64,000 nucleotides of DNA from Candidatus Hodarchaeota archaeon (GTDB lineage: Archaea; Asgardarchaeota; Lokiarchaeia; Sigyniarchaeales; SOKP01), in NCBI GenBank assembly GCA_048887225.1, contig JBHLJY010000003.1:64001-128000 (forward strand), read 5' to 3'. A program made the translations under genes and the position numbers. The notes beneath the pieces were generated by a model that was not told where the DNA came from, searched no databases, and saw nothing but the letters and a program-made list of their open reading frames with translations. This document shows, one piece after another, positions 29,385 through 39,168 of this stretch. Each line of letters begins with the position of its first letter. Within the stretch, counting starts at the first letter, position 1.

Positions 29385-30500
29385 ATGGTTTTTAGAATTT
29401 TACGTCCAGACTCGCATTCAGTTTGGCAAAACGAAGATATTCTTAAACGTTTTTCTAAATATAGAGGTATCTTAGATGGAAAGCAAATAGCAAGATATTT
29501 AATAGCTAAAAGCTTAGAATGCAACTTTAACTCCAAGACCGATTCTTTAGAGAATTTAGAGATGTTATTAAAAGAAAAATCTATTGAATTTAACGAGTTA
29601 TTGAAAAATATACCTGAAGAACTTAAAAATCGTGAGATTAAATCAAGTTCTTACGTTGATTTAGCTGAAGATATCGCAAGAAAATATCTTGAAAATTGTA
29701 TTTTTTGCGAAAGAAAATGCGGGGTTAATAGAATTCAAGATGAAAAAGGGTATTGCTTATTAACAAAGGACTCATACGTTTCCTCAGCTTTTTTACATTT
29801 TGGAGAAGAATCTGTTCTCGTTCCATCTGGAACAATATTTTTTCAATCTTGTAATTTTGGGTGTGTATTTTGCCAAAATTATGATATCTCTCAAGCTTGG
29901 AAAGGTAGAAAAAATATTGAGGATATAGCTCAAAAAATTGATAAAGAAAAATTAGCAGCTATAGCAAAAAGACTGGTTGAGAAAGGAGCATTAAATATAA
30001 ATTATGTTGGAGGTGATCCTATACCAAATTTACACACGATTGTTGGTAGTTTAAAATATCAAACATCGAACATTTGTCAGTTATGGAATTCAAATTTCTA
30101 TTTAACTAATGAATCATTGTCATTAATTATTGATTTTATGGATTTTTGGTTACCTGATTTTAAATATGGGAATAATATATGCGCTGAAAAATATTCTGGT
30201 ATTAAAAATTATTTCGATGTTGTATCTCGTAATCATAAGAGAATACATGACGAGGGTAGTGCCGAAATTATAATTCGCCATCTTGTATTACCGAATCATA
30301 TTGAATGTTGTTCTAAACCGATCTTAGATTATGTAGCAAAAGAGATACCCAAATGTGTTGTCAACATTATGGGACAATATAGACCGCAATACAAAGCCCA
30401 TAAATATAAAGAAATTAATAGACATCCCTCAACAAGAGAAATGATAGATGTAAAGAATTACGCTGATGAATTAGGAATATTATATACCCCTGTCTCATGA
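29385..30500 (+). CDS. Radical SAM protein, PflX (PFL-activase-like) family
   Basis: CIFCERKCGVNR, HFGEE, SGTIFF, CNFGCVFCQN, PDFKYG, IIRHLVLP. Confidence 0.9.
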   Translation: MVFRILRPDSHSVWQNEDILKRFSKYRGILDGKQIARYLIAKSLECNFNSKTDSLENLEMLLKEKSIEFNELLKNIPEELKNREIKSSSYVDLAEDIARKYLENCIFCERKCGVNRIQDEKGYCLLTKDSYVSSAFLHFGEESVLVPSGTIFFQSCNFGCVFCQNYDISQAWKGRKNIEDIAQKIDKEKLAAIAKRLVEKGALNINYVGGDPIPNLHTIVGSLKYQTSNICQLWNSNFYLTNESLSLIIDFMDFWLPDFKYGNNICAEKYSGIKNYFDVVSRNHKRIHDEGSAEIIIRHLVLPNHIECCSKPILDYVAKEIPKCVVNIMGQYRPQYKAHKYKEINRHPSTREMIDVKNYADELGILYTPVS

Positions 30501-30634
30501 ATCGTTTTAAGTTTTAATTCTGCCATTTAAAATTTATCATCTTTCAATCTCTTTTTAGAAAAATCTATAAGGAATCTAATATTTTTAATTTTACCTAATT
30601 ATCAATAATAATGTTCAACTTTTATCAATTTATT

Positions 30635-31744
30635 ATGAGTTTTAAATTGGAAGACGTTAAAGGTTTAGGCAAAAAAGCGGGAAATCTTAAGGATGCCGGA
30701 ATAGATTCAGTTGAAAATTTAGCAAATGCTAAAGAAGATGATTTAATAAAGATTAAAGGTATTGGTAAAGCATCTGCCCAAAAGTTTATCAATAATGCAA
30801 AAAAATTATTGAAAAGTAAAACTAGCGAAGATATGTATGAAGAAAAGGTAGTTTCCGAAGAAATTAATGAGGAAGAAAAAAAAGTTCAAGAAGAACATAA
30901 AAGATTAGAGGAAAAGAAAAGGAATTTAGAAGGAAATACGGTTGAGAAAAATGATTTCATTCTTGTAAAGGTAACAGGGAGAACACAAAAGGGAAAAATC
31001 TTTCAAGTTTCTTCTGTAGACGATGCAAAGAAAGCTGGTATCTATGACGAGAAAAAAGAACATCTTTATACACCTGAATTTGTAATTGTAGGAACACCTG
31101 GATTTTTAAATGAGGGTCTTATGGAAACCATTGAGAATATGAATTATTTTGAAAAAAAATCGGTGCGAATTCCGCCAACAAAAGCTTTTGGTAAACGGGA
31201 TCCCACAAAAATTGAAAGAATTGGTATTGCTAAATTTAGGAGAATGAATGATGGGAAGAAACCAGAAATCGGACAAGATTTTACAAGGAAGGATGGTCAG
31301 AGAGGTACGGTAACTAATATTTTACAAGGTAGGGTTATCATAGATTATAATCATCCTTTAGCTGGGCAATCACTTGATTACAATATTGAAGTAATTGATA
31401 AAATCGAAGATTTTAACAAAAAGATTGAACATTTTATGATATCAAAAGGAATTCCTAAACAAAATGTTTCAGACTTTAATATAAATTACAATAAGGATGA
31501 TCAATCAATTGAATTTACAATCCCGAAACAGTTCTTGTTCCAAAATTTGGCATTATTAAAATTTAGTCTAGCAATAGATTTACAAACTCATATGACAGAT
31601 GAAATCAATGATGTAAAGTTTATCGAAATTTACGAAAAAATGCCAATACCACCAACGCCGTCAGAATCAGTAATGGAAAAAATTGAAGAATATGATAAAG
31701 AACATGAAGAACAAAAAAAAGATCAGACAGATAATAAAAAATAA
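30635..31744 (+). CDS. FKBP-type peptidyl-prolyl isomerase (archaeal long type) with N-terminal helix-hairpin-helix domain
   Basis: LEDVKGLG..LIKIKGIGKASA (HhH2); IPPTKAFGKRD, DYNHPLAG; ATG at 30635 preferred over 30611. Confidence 0.85.
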   Translation: MSFKLEDVKGLGKKAGNLKDAGIDSVENLANAKEDDLIKIKGIGKASAQKFINNAKKLLKSKTSEDMYEEKVVSEEINEEEKKVQEEHKRLEEKKRNLEGNTVEKNDFILVKVTGRTQKGKIFQVSSVDDAKKAGIYDEKKEHLYTPEFVIVGTPGFLNEGLMETIENMNYFEKKSVRIPPTKAFGKRDPTKIERIGIAKFRRMNDGKKPEIGQDFTRKDGQRGTVTNILQGRVIIDYNHPLAGQSLDYNIEVIDKIEDFNKKIEHFMISKGIPKQNVSDFNINYNKDDQSIEFTIPKQFLFQNLALLKFSLAIDLQTHMTDEINDVKFIEIYEKMPIPPTPSESVMEKIEEYDKEHEEQKKDQTDNKK

Positions 31745-31750
31745 TTATAT

Positions 31751-32755
31751 TTAATCTAATTCACACTTAAGTATTAATTCGTGCTTTTTAATTTCCTTCT
31801 CTTTTTTAAATTCTAATTTTATTTTATAAAATTCTTCTCGTTTTTGTTCAAGTTCAGTTGAGATTTTTGCTGATTTACCTTTTTTTTTTAAAAGTTTCTT
31901 TTTTGCTTTCTTGTACGCTTTTTTAGCCTTCTTATATTGTTTGTTCTTCATCTTATAAACTTTGTATTTCTCATTGATTTCCTGTCTATAGCTTTTAGAT
32001 ATCTCTTTAAGTCCAATACAGTCTAATTGTTGCTTAAATTTTTTGAATGACTCGAAATTAACTACAATCATACCTAATTTTCTGGCAGGTACCAAGTTTT
32101 GAATCTTATCATCGATATATATAACCTGTTTAGCTTTAGCATCTAATTTTTTCAAAACATATTTATATTTATCTATCTTAGGCTTGATAAGACCAATCTC
32201 ATTCGAGAGAAACACGTAATCAAATGAATCATAAAATCCTCTTAATTCATTCGATTTAGCATATACATCATAAACGTTAGACATTAAGCTCACAGTATAT
32301 CCAGCACTATGAAAAGTTTCAACAATATTCTTCATATCAGAGGATAATTTTGTTAATTTAGTATGTAATTCGAACCATAATTCTAGATAATAGTCCAAGT
32401 TAACTTTTTTGGCTGGTAAGGCTCCATTATGTTTTTGATAAGGATAATAATATCTATCACTTATTTTTTCTAGAAATTCTCGTGAAGTTAATCGTCCAGA
32501 GCTTAATTTTCGTTTAAGTTTTTTAATGTAAGGATTATCTATTCTAGGTATTTTAATCTTTAAATCGCTTTCAATACTATCTAGTAGATTCTTTAAAACG
32601 AATGATCTCTCAGACATTACACCACCAAAATCAAATATTATATGCCTAATCTTATATAACTTAACTTTTTGGCGTCCAAACATTTTTGATGAAGAATTCT
32701 TATAAGATTTATTGCTATTTTGAAGACTCATTCTCTTTATATAATAATTACTCAA
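31751..32755 (-). CDS. HAD-IA phosphatase (YihX-like) with Lys-rich C-terminal extension
   Basis: IFDFGGV, LMSN, SNEIGLIKP, YIDD; about 80-aa poly-Lys helix. Confidence 0.85.
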   Translation of the reverse strand: MSNYYIKRMSLQNSNKSYKNSSSKMFGRQKVKLYKIRHIIFDFGGVMSERSFVLKNLLDSIESDLKIKIPRIDNPYIKKLKRKLSSGRLTSREFLEKISDRYYYPYQKHNGALPAKKVNLDYYLELWFELHTKLTKLSSDMKNIVETFHSAGYTVSLMSNVYDVYAKSNELRGFYDSFDYVFLSNEIGLIKPKIDKYKYVLKKLDAKAKQVIYIDDKIQNLVPARKLGMIVVNFESFKKFKQQLDCIGLKEISKSYRQEINEKYKVYKMKNKQYKKAKKAYKKAKKKLLKKKGKSAKISTELEQKREEFYKIKLEFKKEKEIKKHELILKCELD

Positions 32756-33726
32756 TATATTTTAATTCTTGAAACTAATTCTTTCTTTTTCAATTTTGCT
32801 TTTTTATATTCAGCTTTTTTAATCATATAATCTTCATATTTTATTTCAAGATTAGTTTTCTTTTTTGAGGAGTCCTTTTTATTTTTTAAATAGTAGTTTT
32901 TTGCCTTCTTATATGCTCTTTTAGCCTTACGAAATTCTCTCTTTATTTCTTTATATAGTTTGTATTTGTTTTTAATTTCACGTCGAGATAACGAGCTTAT
33001 ATCTTTTATGCCAAGTTCTTTTAATTGCTCTTTAAATTTATCTATAGACTCAAATTTTAGGACATTCATACCCAATTGTTTAGCAGGAATGAGATTTTTG
33101 AGTTTATTGTCAATAAAAATGCAATATTTGGGTTTTGTTTTCAATTTTTTTATTACATATTTATATTTTTCTAAATCTGGTTTCCTAAATCCAATTTCGT
33201 TTGATAAAAAAATAAAATCAAATAAATTATAAAATCCTTTAAGCTTATTTGATTTTACATGAACATCAAAAGTATTTGACATTAAGCTAACCGTATATCC
33301 TGCTTTATGTAGTTTTAGGACAATTTCTTCCATGTCCATAGATAAATGGGAAAATTTAGAATATAATTGAAACCATAATTCTAAATAATAGTCCAAGTTA
33401 ACTTTTTTGGCTGGTAAGGGTCCATCATTTTTCTTATTTGGATAATAATATCTCTTAAGAACTTTCTCTATAAAATCACGTGATGTGATTATACCCGCGC
33501 CTAATTGCCTAAACAATTTTCTATAATAAGAATCTTCTGATCGAGGGATTATTATATTTAAATCGTTTTCTATTATATCAAATAGATTCTTAATACTATG
33601 AGTCGGTTTTATGAGTACACCTCCAAAATCAAAAATGAAGTGTTCAATTTCATATAATTTAACTTTTTGAAACCCGAATACTTTTCGAATAATATCTTCT
33701 TCTTGGTCTTGAAAGCTCATTATCAT
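32752..33726 (-). CDS. HAD-IA phosphatase (YihX-like) with Lys-rich C-terminal extension; tandem paralogue
   Basis: IFDFGGV, LMSN, SNEIGFRKP, FIDN; near-identical DNA block (LPAKKVNLDYYLELWF) shared with the neighbour. Confidence 0.85.
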   Translation of the reverse strand: MIMSFQDQEEDIIRKVFGFQKVKLYEIEHFIFDFGGVLIKPTHSIKNLFDIIENDLNIIIPRSEDSYYRKLFRQLGAGIITSRDFIEKVLKRYYYPNKKNDGPLPAKKVNLDYYLELWFQLYSKFSHLSMDMEEIVLKLHKAGYTVSLMSNTFDVHVKSNKLKGFYNLFDFIFLSNEIGFRKPDLEKYKYVIKKLKTKPKYCIFIDNKLKNLIPAKQLGMNVLKFESIDKFKEQLKELGIKDISSLSRREIKNKYKLYKEIKREFRKAKRAYKKAKNYYLKNKKDSSKKKTNLEIKYEDYMIKKAEYKKAKLKKKELVSRIKIY

Positions 33727-33759
33727 CTTAAACTAAATCAATTATTTAATAAATATATT

Positions 33760-34551
33760 TTAAATTTCCTTTTTTAATTTTTTAAACTCTCTCAAAATCA
33801 GATTCCCAATTTTAGAAACAGGATCTCCTCCACATTTCCAATTTGTAAACTCTGGAAATGATCCCGGATCAACAACAAACAATTTACCAGTATTTTTTTC
33901 TTTAACAATGTCTAAATGTCCGAATAATAGATTATAACTATTTTTCCATTTTAAAATAATTTCTAGGATATCATTAGGCGTATCTCTTTTTATCATATCA
34001 GAATGTTCATTTTTTAAAGGAAGTTTTTCTAAAGTACATATTTCATTATCAATAAAATAAACAGTATAATGTATGCCTTCAATAAATTTTTCTAAATATA
34101 AAATTTCATCTGAATTTGCTTCAAAATCTCTGAAGGTGTTTATAATTTTAACGCCTCTGCTTCCAGAACTCGTAATTGGCTTTAAAAGTAATGGAAAGTC
34201 GTTTTCTGTAAGATTTTTTATCAGAGCCTTTAATGCTCCGTAATAAATATGTGGATATAATAAACCGGCATTTTTTATTAGTAAATAAGCTTCTAATCTG
34301 TTTCTGTGTTTATAACTAATTTCTGGATTTGGTATAACTGGAATATTATTTGCCTCAATATAATATCCCGCATAGATAAAAGGTATTTGATGTTTAGATT
34401 TTAATATGTATAAATCATTCTCAAGTAATGACTCATCTATGCATAGATTTTCCTTTGTATAGATTTTAACACGATATCCTTTACTTTCATAAAATATTTT
34501 TAATTTCCCGGTAAAATATCCTGTTCTTTTAGATAATATTCCTATTTTCAT
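33760..34551 (-). CDS. ATP-grasp protein, ITPK1-like (degenerate C-terminal motif)
   Basis: FPLLLKP..SSGSRGV, EKFIEG, FGHLDIV...FVVDPGSFPEF. Confidence 0.7.
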   Translation of the reverse strand: MKIGILSKRTGYFTGKLKIFYESKGYRVKIYTKENLCIDESLLENDLYILKSKHQIPFIYAGYYIEANNIPVIPNPEISYKHRNRLEAYLLIKNAGLLYPHIYYGALKALIKNLTENDFPLLLKPITSSGSRGVKIINTFRDFEANSDEILYLEKFIEGIHYTVYFIDNEICTLEKLPLKNEHSDMIKRDTPNDILEIILKWKNSYNLLFGHLDIVKEKNTGKLFVVDPGSFPEFTNWKCGGDPVSKIGNLILREFKKLKKEI

Positions 34552-34564
34552 GTTATAATTCTAT

Positions 34565-35392
34565 TTATTGTTTTTTAGCTTGTTCTATTAAAAATTCCGC
34601 AAATATTTTTGGTCCATTTTCAATATAATTAAAATTTGGCATGGAATTTATGTCTGTTAGATAATAAGTCCCATCTTTTGATTTTAAAAAGTCTAAAGAT
34701 GAAGCCTTAAGGTCTAGAATTTTTATTGCTTTTAATGCGATTTCTTTTAATTCAGAAATCTCTTGGATTTTTCTTCTGGTTTCCATTTTATCTGGGTTTA
34801 CTAAAAATGGAATTTGTTTATAGAAAAACAATTTATCTCCAAAACCATATATTTTATATTCCCACTTACTTTTAACGAATTTCTGGTAATAATAATATTG
34901 ATAATCCTCCTCTCCTCCATTAACTTCTTTAATTGCTCTCTCATCACTGATCTTTAGATGTCCATTTTCTTTTAAAATATTTGGCTTAAAAGTGTATGTT
35001 TTTTCGTCAACTATATTCTTTATAATATAATCTTTAAATGGGGCTTGACAAGTTGAGGGAAATAATGAAAAATCAGGTACACAGATACCAACTTTTCTTA
35101 ATAAAATACTATTTAAAAATCTATGTGATGCTAGCCAAATTGCTTTTGAAGGATTAATTACGGGGATTGAAGTTTCGTTTTCAATCATTCGAGCAAGAGA
35201 AACCAAAAATTTTCCTTTACCCTTAACAAAAAATAGATCTTCGTCAAATTCTAAATTTTTATTTTTAAGTAAGTAAGAATCTTCTACATATAGTTTTACA
35301 TTAGATTTAGATTTTAAATATTTTAATAAATCTGATATTTTATATTTCAAATGAAATTTATCAATAATGATTCCAATTTTTGGTTTTTTCAT
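34565..35392 (-). CDS. ATP-grasp protein, ITPK1-like inositol phosphate kinase
   Basis: PVINP, QKFV..EYKIYGFG, SLDFL...YLTDINSMPNF. Confidence 0.72.
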   Translation of the reverse strand: MKKPKIGIIIDKFHLKYKISDLLKYLKSKSNVKLYVEDSYLLKNKNLEFDEDLFFVKGKGKFLVSLARMIENETSIPVINPSKAIWLASHRFLNSILLRKVGICVPDFSLFPSTCQAPFKDYIIKNIVDEKTYTFKPNILKENGHLKISDERAIKEVNGGEEDYQYYYYQKFVKSKWEYKIYGFGDKLFFYKQIPFLVNPDKMETRRKIQEISELKEIALKAIKILDLKASSLDFLKSKDGTYYLTDINSMPNFNYIENGPKIFAEFLIEQAKKQ

Positions 35393-35597
35393 AAATATCT
35401 AAATTATAATCTGATATTAAATACATGAGATTTATTCGATTTAAATGAATATATAATGATTTATATATTATAATTTAGATTAAAAAATTATTTAAGTAAA
35501 GCTGTTTGGCGATTCCCTATATAGATCCCATATATAAATAATAAATAGATTTATAAAGAATGTTTTTTATAAGAAACCAAACTGATGAGATTTTTTT

Positions 35598-36515
35598 ATG
35601 TCTAAAAAAATCATTGTTGGTTCGATCTGTAATCGAGATCTCGAAGTTTTTAACGAGATCAAGAGATTTTCTAAGATTCATTATAGAATAAAGTTTGTTA
35701 ATCTCATAAAAAACGATTCTTCTTTTTCTATCAAATATTTCAAAAAAAAATTGAAAAAATACAATATAGATTTCTTAATTGTTAAATTATATTCAGAGGA
35801 ATCAAATCATAAAGTATATGACGCAATTAAATCATATGCATCTAATATCCCCCGATTGAATAGTTTAAAATCTGTTCAAACATGCGAGAGCCGAAAGGAA
35901 ACATTTAAATTAGTAGAGGAAAAATGCAAAAAACTAAAGATTCCTAAATCTTTTTATTCAATAAACGCTGCGTTTGAAGCAGTATCGAATGGAACGCCTT
36001 TAATTATAAAATTAGATACACATAATATAAGAAATTTATCTAAATATGATCGAATTCTTGGTGTCGCGAAATCTAATGATGATTTCGTTAAGTTAATTAG
36101 AAAATATGATGTAGAGAATAACACTTTATTTTTCCAAGAATATTTAGGTAAACATGATGATATTTATAAAGTGTATGTAATTGATCGTTATGTACAAACA
36201 ATCACATCTCAAAATCTTTTATTACAACATAAGTTTTCCCCTTTAGAATTAGTACACCTTAGAGCACCGATAGAAAAAGAATTTAAAAGACAAATTTTAA
36301 GATTAGGGCGAAAATTTGGTATGACAATCTTCGGTGTTGATTATGTCTTAAAAGATGACATTCCCTATATAGTAGATATTAATGATTTTCCTAGTTTTAG
36401 ATATATCCCCGAGGCTATAAGCATGATATCTGATTATATATACAAGTTCTGTGTTGCGAGACAAACTCTTACTAAGATTCCAATGAGATTAAAAGTAAAA
36501 ACTTATACTATGTAA
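35598..36515 (+). CDS. ATP-grasp protein, ITPK1-like inositol phosphate kinase
   Basis: PLIIK, FQEYL, IYKVYVI, IFGVDYV...IVDINDFPSF. Confidence 0.8.
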   Translation: MSKKIIVGSICNRDLEVFNEIKRFSKIHYRIKFVNLIKNDSSFSIKYFKKKLKKYNIDFLIVKLYSEESNHKVYDAIKSYASNIPRLNSLKSVQTCESRKETFKLVEEKCKKLKIPKSFYSINAAFEAVSNGTPLIIKLDTHNIRNLSKYDRILGVAKSNDDFVKLIRKYDVENNTLFFQEYLGKHDDIYKVYVIDRYVQTITSQNLLLQHKFSPLELVHLRAPIEKEFKRQILRLGRKFGMTIFGVDYVLKDDIPYIVDINDFPSFRYIPEAISMISDYIYKFCVARQTLTKIPMRLKVKTYTM

Positions 36516-36542
36516 GAATAGCAATACAATTAAATTCTTATA

Positions 36543-37634
36543 TTATCGCGATCTTTTTCCTTGGATAAATCTTACAAGGCGTCGTTTCGCCCTAAAATCT
36601 TGGAGCTGTTTTGGAGGGTGTTTCATAAAAAAAGAACTTGCTGAATGTAATACGCCTCCAATCTGTCGATCTTTAGCTATTTTTGATATTCGAATGCAAT
36701 CTGCAATAATACCTGCTGAATTATTCCCGTCTTCAACAAACATGGTGATATCTACTCTGACAGGAGCGCCTCCAAAAATACGTCCTTCTAATCTCATATA
36801 TGCTTCTTTTTGATTTTTTAAGAATGGAATATAATCAACAGCAGAAATTTGACATTCAACAGTATCTTTATTTTGTAACTTAGCAACGACTGCCTCAGTT
36901 TTGGATTGGCGTTTTCCTTCTTCATAAATTAGCTCCCCGTTCGGTTTAGGTGTTAGAAGGTTCAAGAAATCGCTACATCCGCCCCAATCAAGCTGTATTG
37001 TTCTATCCAATATCGCTCCACGCATTGGAAAAAGATTTGCTAAAGCTCTATGAATAATTGTCGCACCAACCTGAGATTTCACATCGTCTCCAATTAAAGA
37101 AAGTCTTAATTCTTCTGCTTTTTGGACTATTTCTGGATCTTTCGCTACATTTGATGGTATTCCACACACAATACAGGCTCCTGCATCAAGAGCAGCCATT
37201 GCATAAAATTTCACAGCTCTATGGGCCCCAGTTGGTAGAAGAATTACAGCGACATCAACACTTCGTTCTCTTATTTCTCTAGCAATATCAGCTTCTTTTT
37301 GGTTATTATCAACAGGCACAATATTCTTTATGTTGCTATCCAAACCATCCATTATAGGACCTTTAATGACTGGAGCATTTAGAAAATCTGGACGATATAG
37401 TTCCATATTACAATTTGGTTCAGCAAATATGGCTTCACTAAGATCTTTTCCAACTTTGTTTGCGTTGACTTCTATGCCCAATACAAAACTTATATCATTG
37501 ATGCTATATTGTATTATTTCTGGTAGAATTCCTATAATTTTATCTGGATTTCTTTTATAGTTTTCGATTCCTTGGACAAGAGCAGATGCAACATCTCCAA
37601 TCCCTATCAGACAAACATTAATTTTATTTGTCAT
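36543..37634 (-). CDS. ino1: myo-inositol-1-phosphate synthase
   Basis: GIGDVASALVQG, LPTG, GDDVKSQVGAT, DFLNL, SKT, NSAG, FMKHPP. Confidence 0.93.
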   Translation of the reverse strand: MTNKINVCLIGIGDVASALVQGIENYKRNPDKIIGILPEIIQYSINDISFVLGIEVNANKVGKDLSEAIFAEPNCNMELYRPDFLNAPVIKGPIMDGLDSNIKNIVPVDNNQKEADIAREIRERSVDVAVILLPTGAHRAVKFYAMAALDAGACIVCGIPSNVAKDPEIVQKAEELRLSLIGDDVKSQVGATIIHRALANLFPMRGAILDRTIQLDWGGCSDFLNLLTPKPNGELIYEEGKRQSKTEAVVAKLQNKDTVECQISAVDYIPFLKNQKEAYMRLEGRIFGGAPVRVDITMFVEDGNNSAGIIADCIRISKIAKDRQIGGVLHSASSFFMKHPPKQLQDFRAKRRLVRFIQGKRSR

Positions 37635-37842
37635 GATAATGGGTATAATTAAATTATTATATTTAAATCATTACGAATAAGAATAAGATCTTTAAATCTT
37701 TCACAAAGTATCTTCAATTCTTTTTCCTTTAAATATGGTAAAAAATCATAATTCAATATGTATTAAATCGTAATCTATAAGTATAAAAAATTATAATTCA
37801 AGATAAGCAAACTATCAAACAATAAAAGACTGTTTTACTAAA

Positions 37843-39120
37843 ATGGAAAAAATAGAAAAATTACCTCGAAAAGTAAAGAGAACTGCCATCCTAGTAGGAA
37901 TCTTATTCGCTGGAGCGACTATATTCGGTTATTTCGAAGCCACTTTCTTCAATACTTACTTAGATCATCAATTAAATTTACCATATTATTACATCTCCAT
38001 AATGGTATCGTTATCAGCCACAATGGGATTAATAATGATGGTCGTTTGGGGAATAAAAAGTGACAATACGAGATCGAAATTTGGTAGACGAAGTCCATAC
38101 CTTCTATTGGGTTTTATAGCAGGATTTGCAATGATAGCTTTCGCTTTTGCTGAAGATTTTCTAATGTGTATAATTTTAGATGTGATTATTATTGGAATTG
38201 CGTCTAATGCATATTATGTAGCTCAAAGATCGTTTATTCCAGATTTAGTCGAATCTGAACATCGAGGGCGAGCTAATGGAATTACTAATGCTATAGGAAA
38301 TCTCGGATTATTAATTGCGATTGGTTTAACTTTAGTCGCAAATGAATTATTTACGGTTAAAAGAGGCACTGGAAACATTTTAACTCGCGAAGGTCATTTA
38401 TTTTTGTTCATTATGGGGGGTGGGGCAATTATACTATGTAGTATGATTGGTTTTATATTCATAAAAGAATTACCTCAATCGGAGTTGCCTCCAAAAAAAG
38501 CATTTATGCTTGAACTAAAAGAAATCTTTGATATTGAAGAATTCAGAAAACAAAACCAATTTTTTAGAATTGTTTTAGCAGAAACAATTTTTAGAGCACA
38601 TATCTATGTAGTATTACCATTTTTGTTTAGCTATTTATTCTCTTTAGCATTGACTACATTTGAGTTTATTTTAATCATTGCGGTGTCTACTCCGGTTATT
38701 GTTGTAGTAATGGTGATTTTAGGTAAAATGGCAGATAAATTTGGCCGAAAAACTTCATTAGCACCTGGAATCATTATTGCCAGTATAGGATTATTCATGA
38801 TGCCATTTGCTATATTCTTTCCTCAATATAAGATAATAATCTTACTTCTTGCATTTCCCTTGGTTTTAATCGGGCTTTTAGGGCTTGAAGTACCTCTTAA
38901 CGCTTGGTCCCAAGATCTTCTTCCAGAAGATAGAAGAGGTAAATTCTTGGGAATATTAAATGTAGTTAGAACAATATCACAAATTATAGGGGTAACCGTA
39001 GGAGGTATTGTTGCCACGATTTACGGTCTTGAATGGGTTTTTATTTTCGCTCCAATATTTCTAATTGGATCTATCTTCTTTTTCAGAAGAGTAAAAGAAA
39101 CACTAACATTTGAAGAATAA
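37843..39120 (+). CDS. MFS transporter (GPH/sugar-glycoside-like)
   Basis: SDNTRSKFGRRSPY, PDLV..HRGRAN, ADKFGRK, DLLPEDRRG. Confidence 0.9.
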   Translation: MEKIEKLPRKVKRTAILVGILFAGATIFGYFEATFFNTYLDHQLNLPYYYISIMVSLSATMGLIMMVVWGIKSDNTRSKFGRRSPYLLLGFIAGFAMIAFAFAEDFLMCIILDVIIIGIASNAYYVAQRSFIPDLVESEHRGRANGITNAIGNLGLLIAIGLTLVANELFTVKRGTGNILTREGHLFLFIMGGGAIILCSMIGFIFIKELPQSELPPKKAFMLELKEIFDIEEFRKQNQFFRIVLAETIFRAHIYVVLPFLFSYLFSLALTTFEFILIIAVSTPVIVVVMVILGKMADKFGRKTSLAPGIIIASIGLFMMPFAIFFPQYKIIILLLAFPLVLIGLLGLEVPLNAWSQDLLPEDRRGKFLGILNVVRTISQIIGVTVGGIVATIYGLEWVFIFAPIFLIGSIFFFRRVKETLTFEE

Positions 39121-39168
39121 CAAATATGATATTTTATTATTTATGCCTTAATTATGATTTTTTCATCT

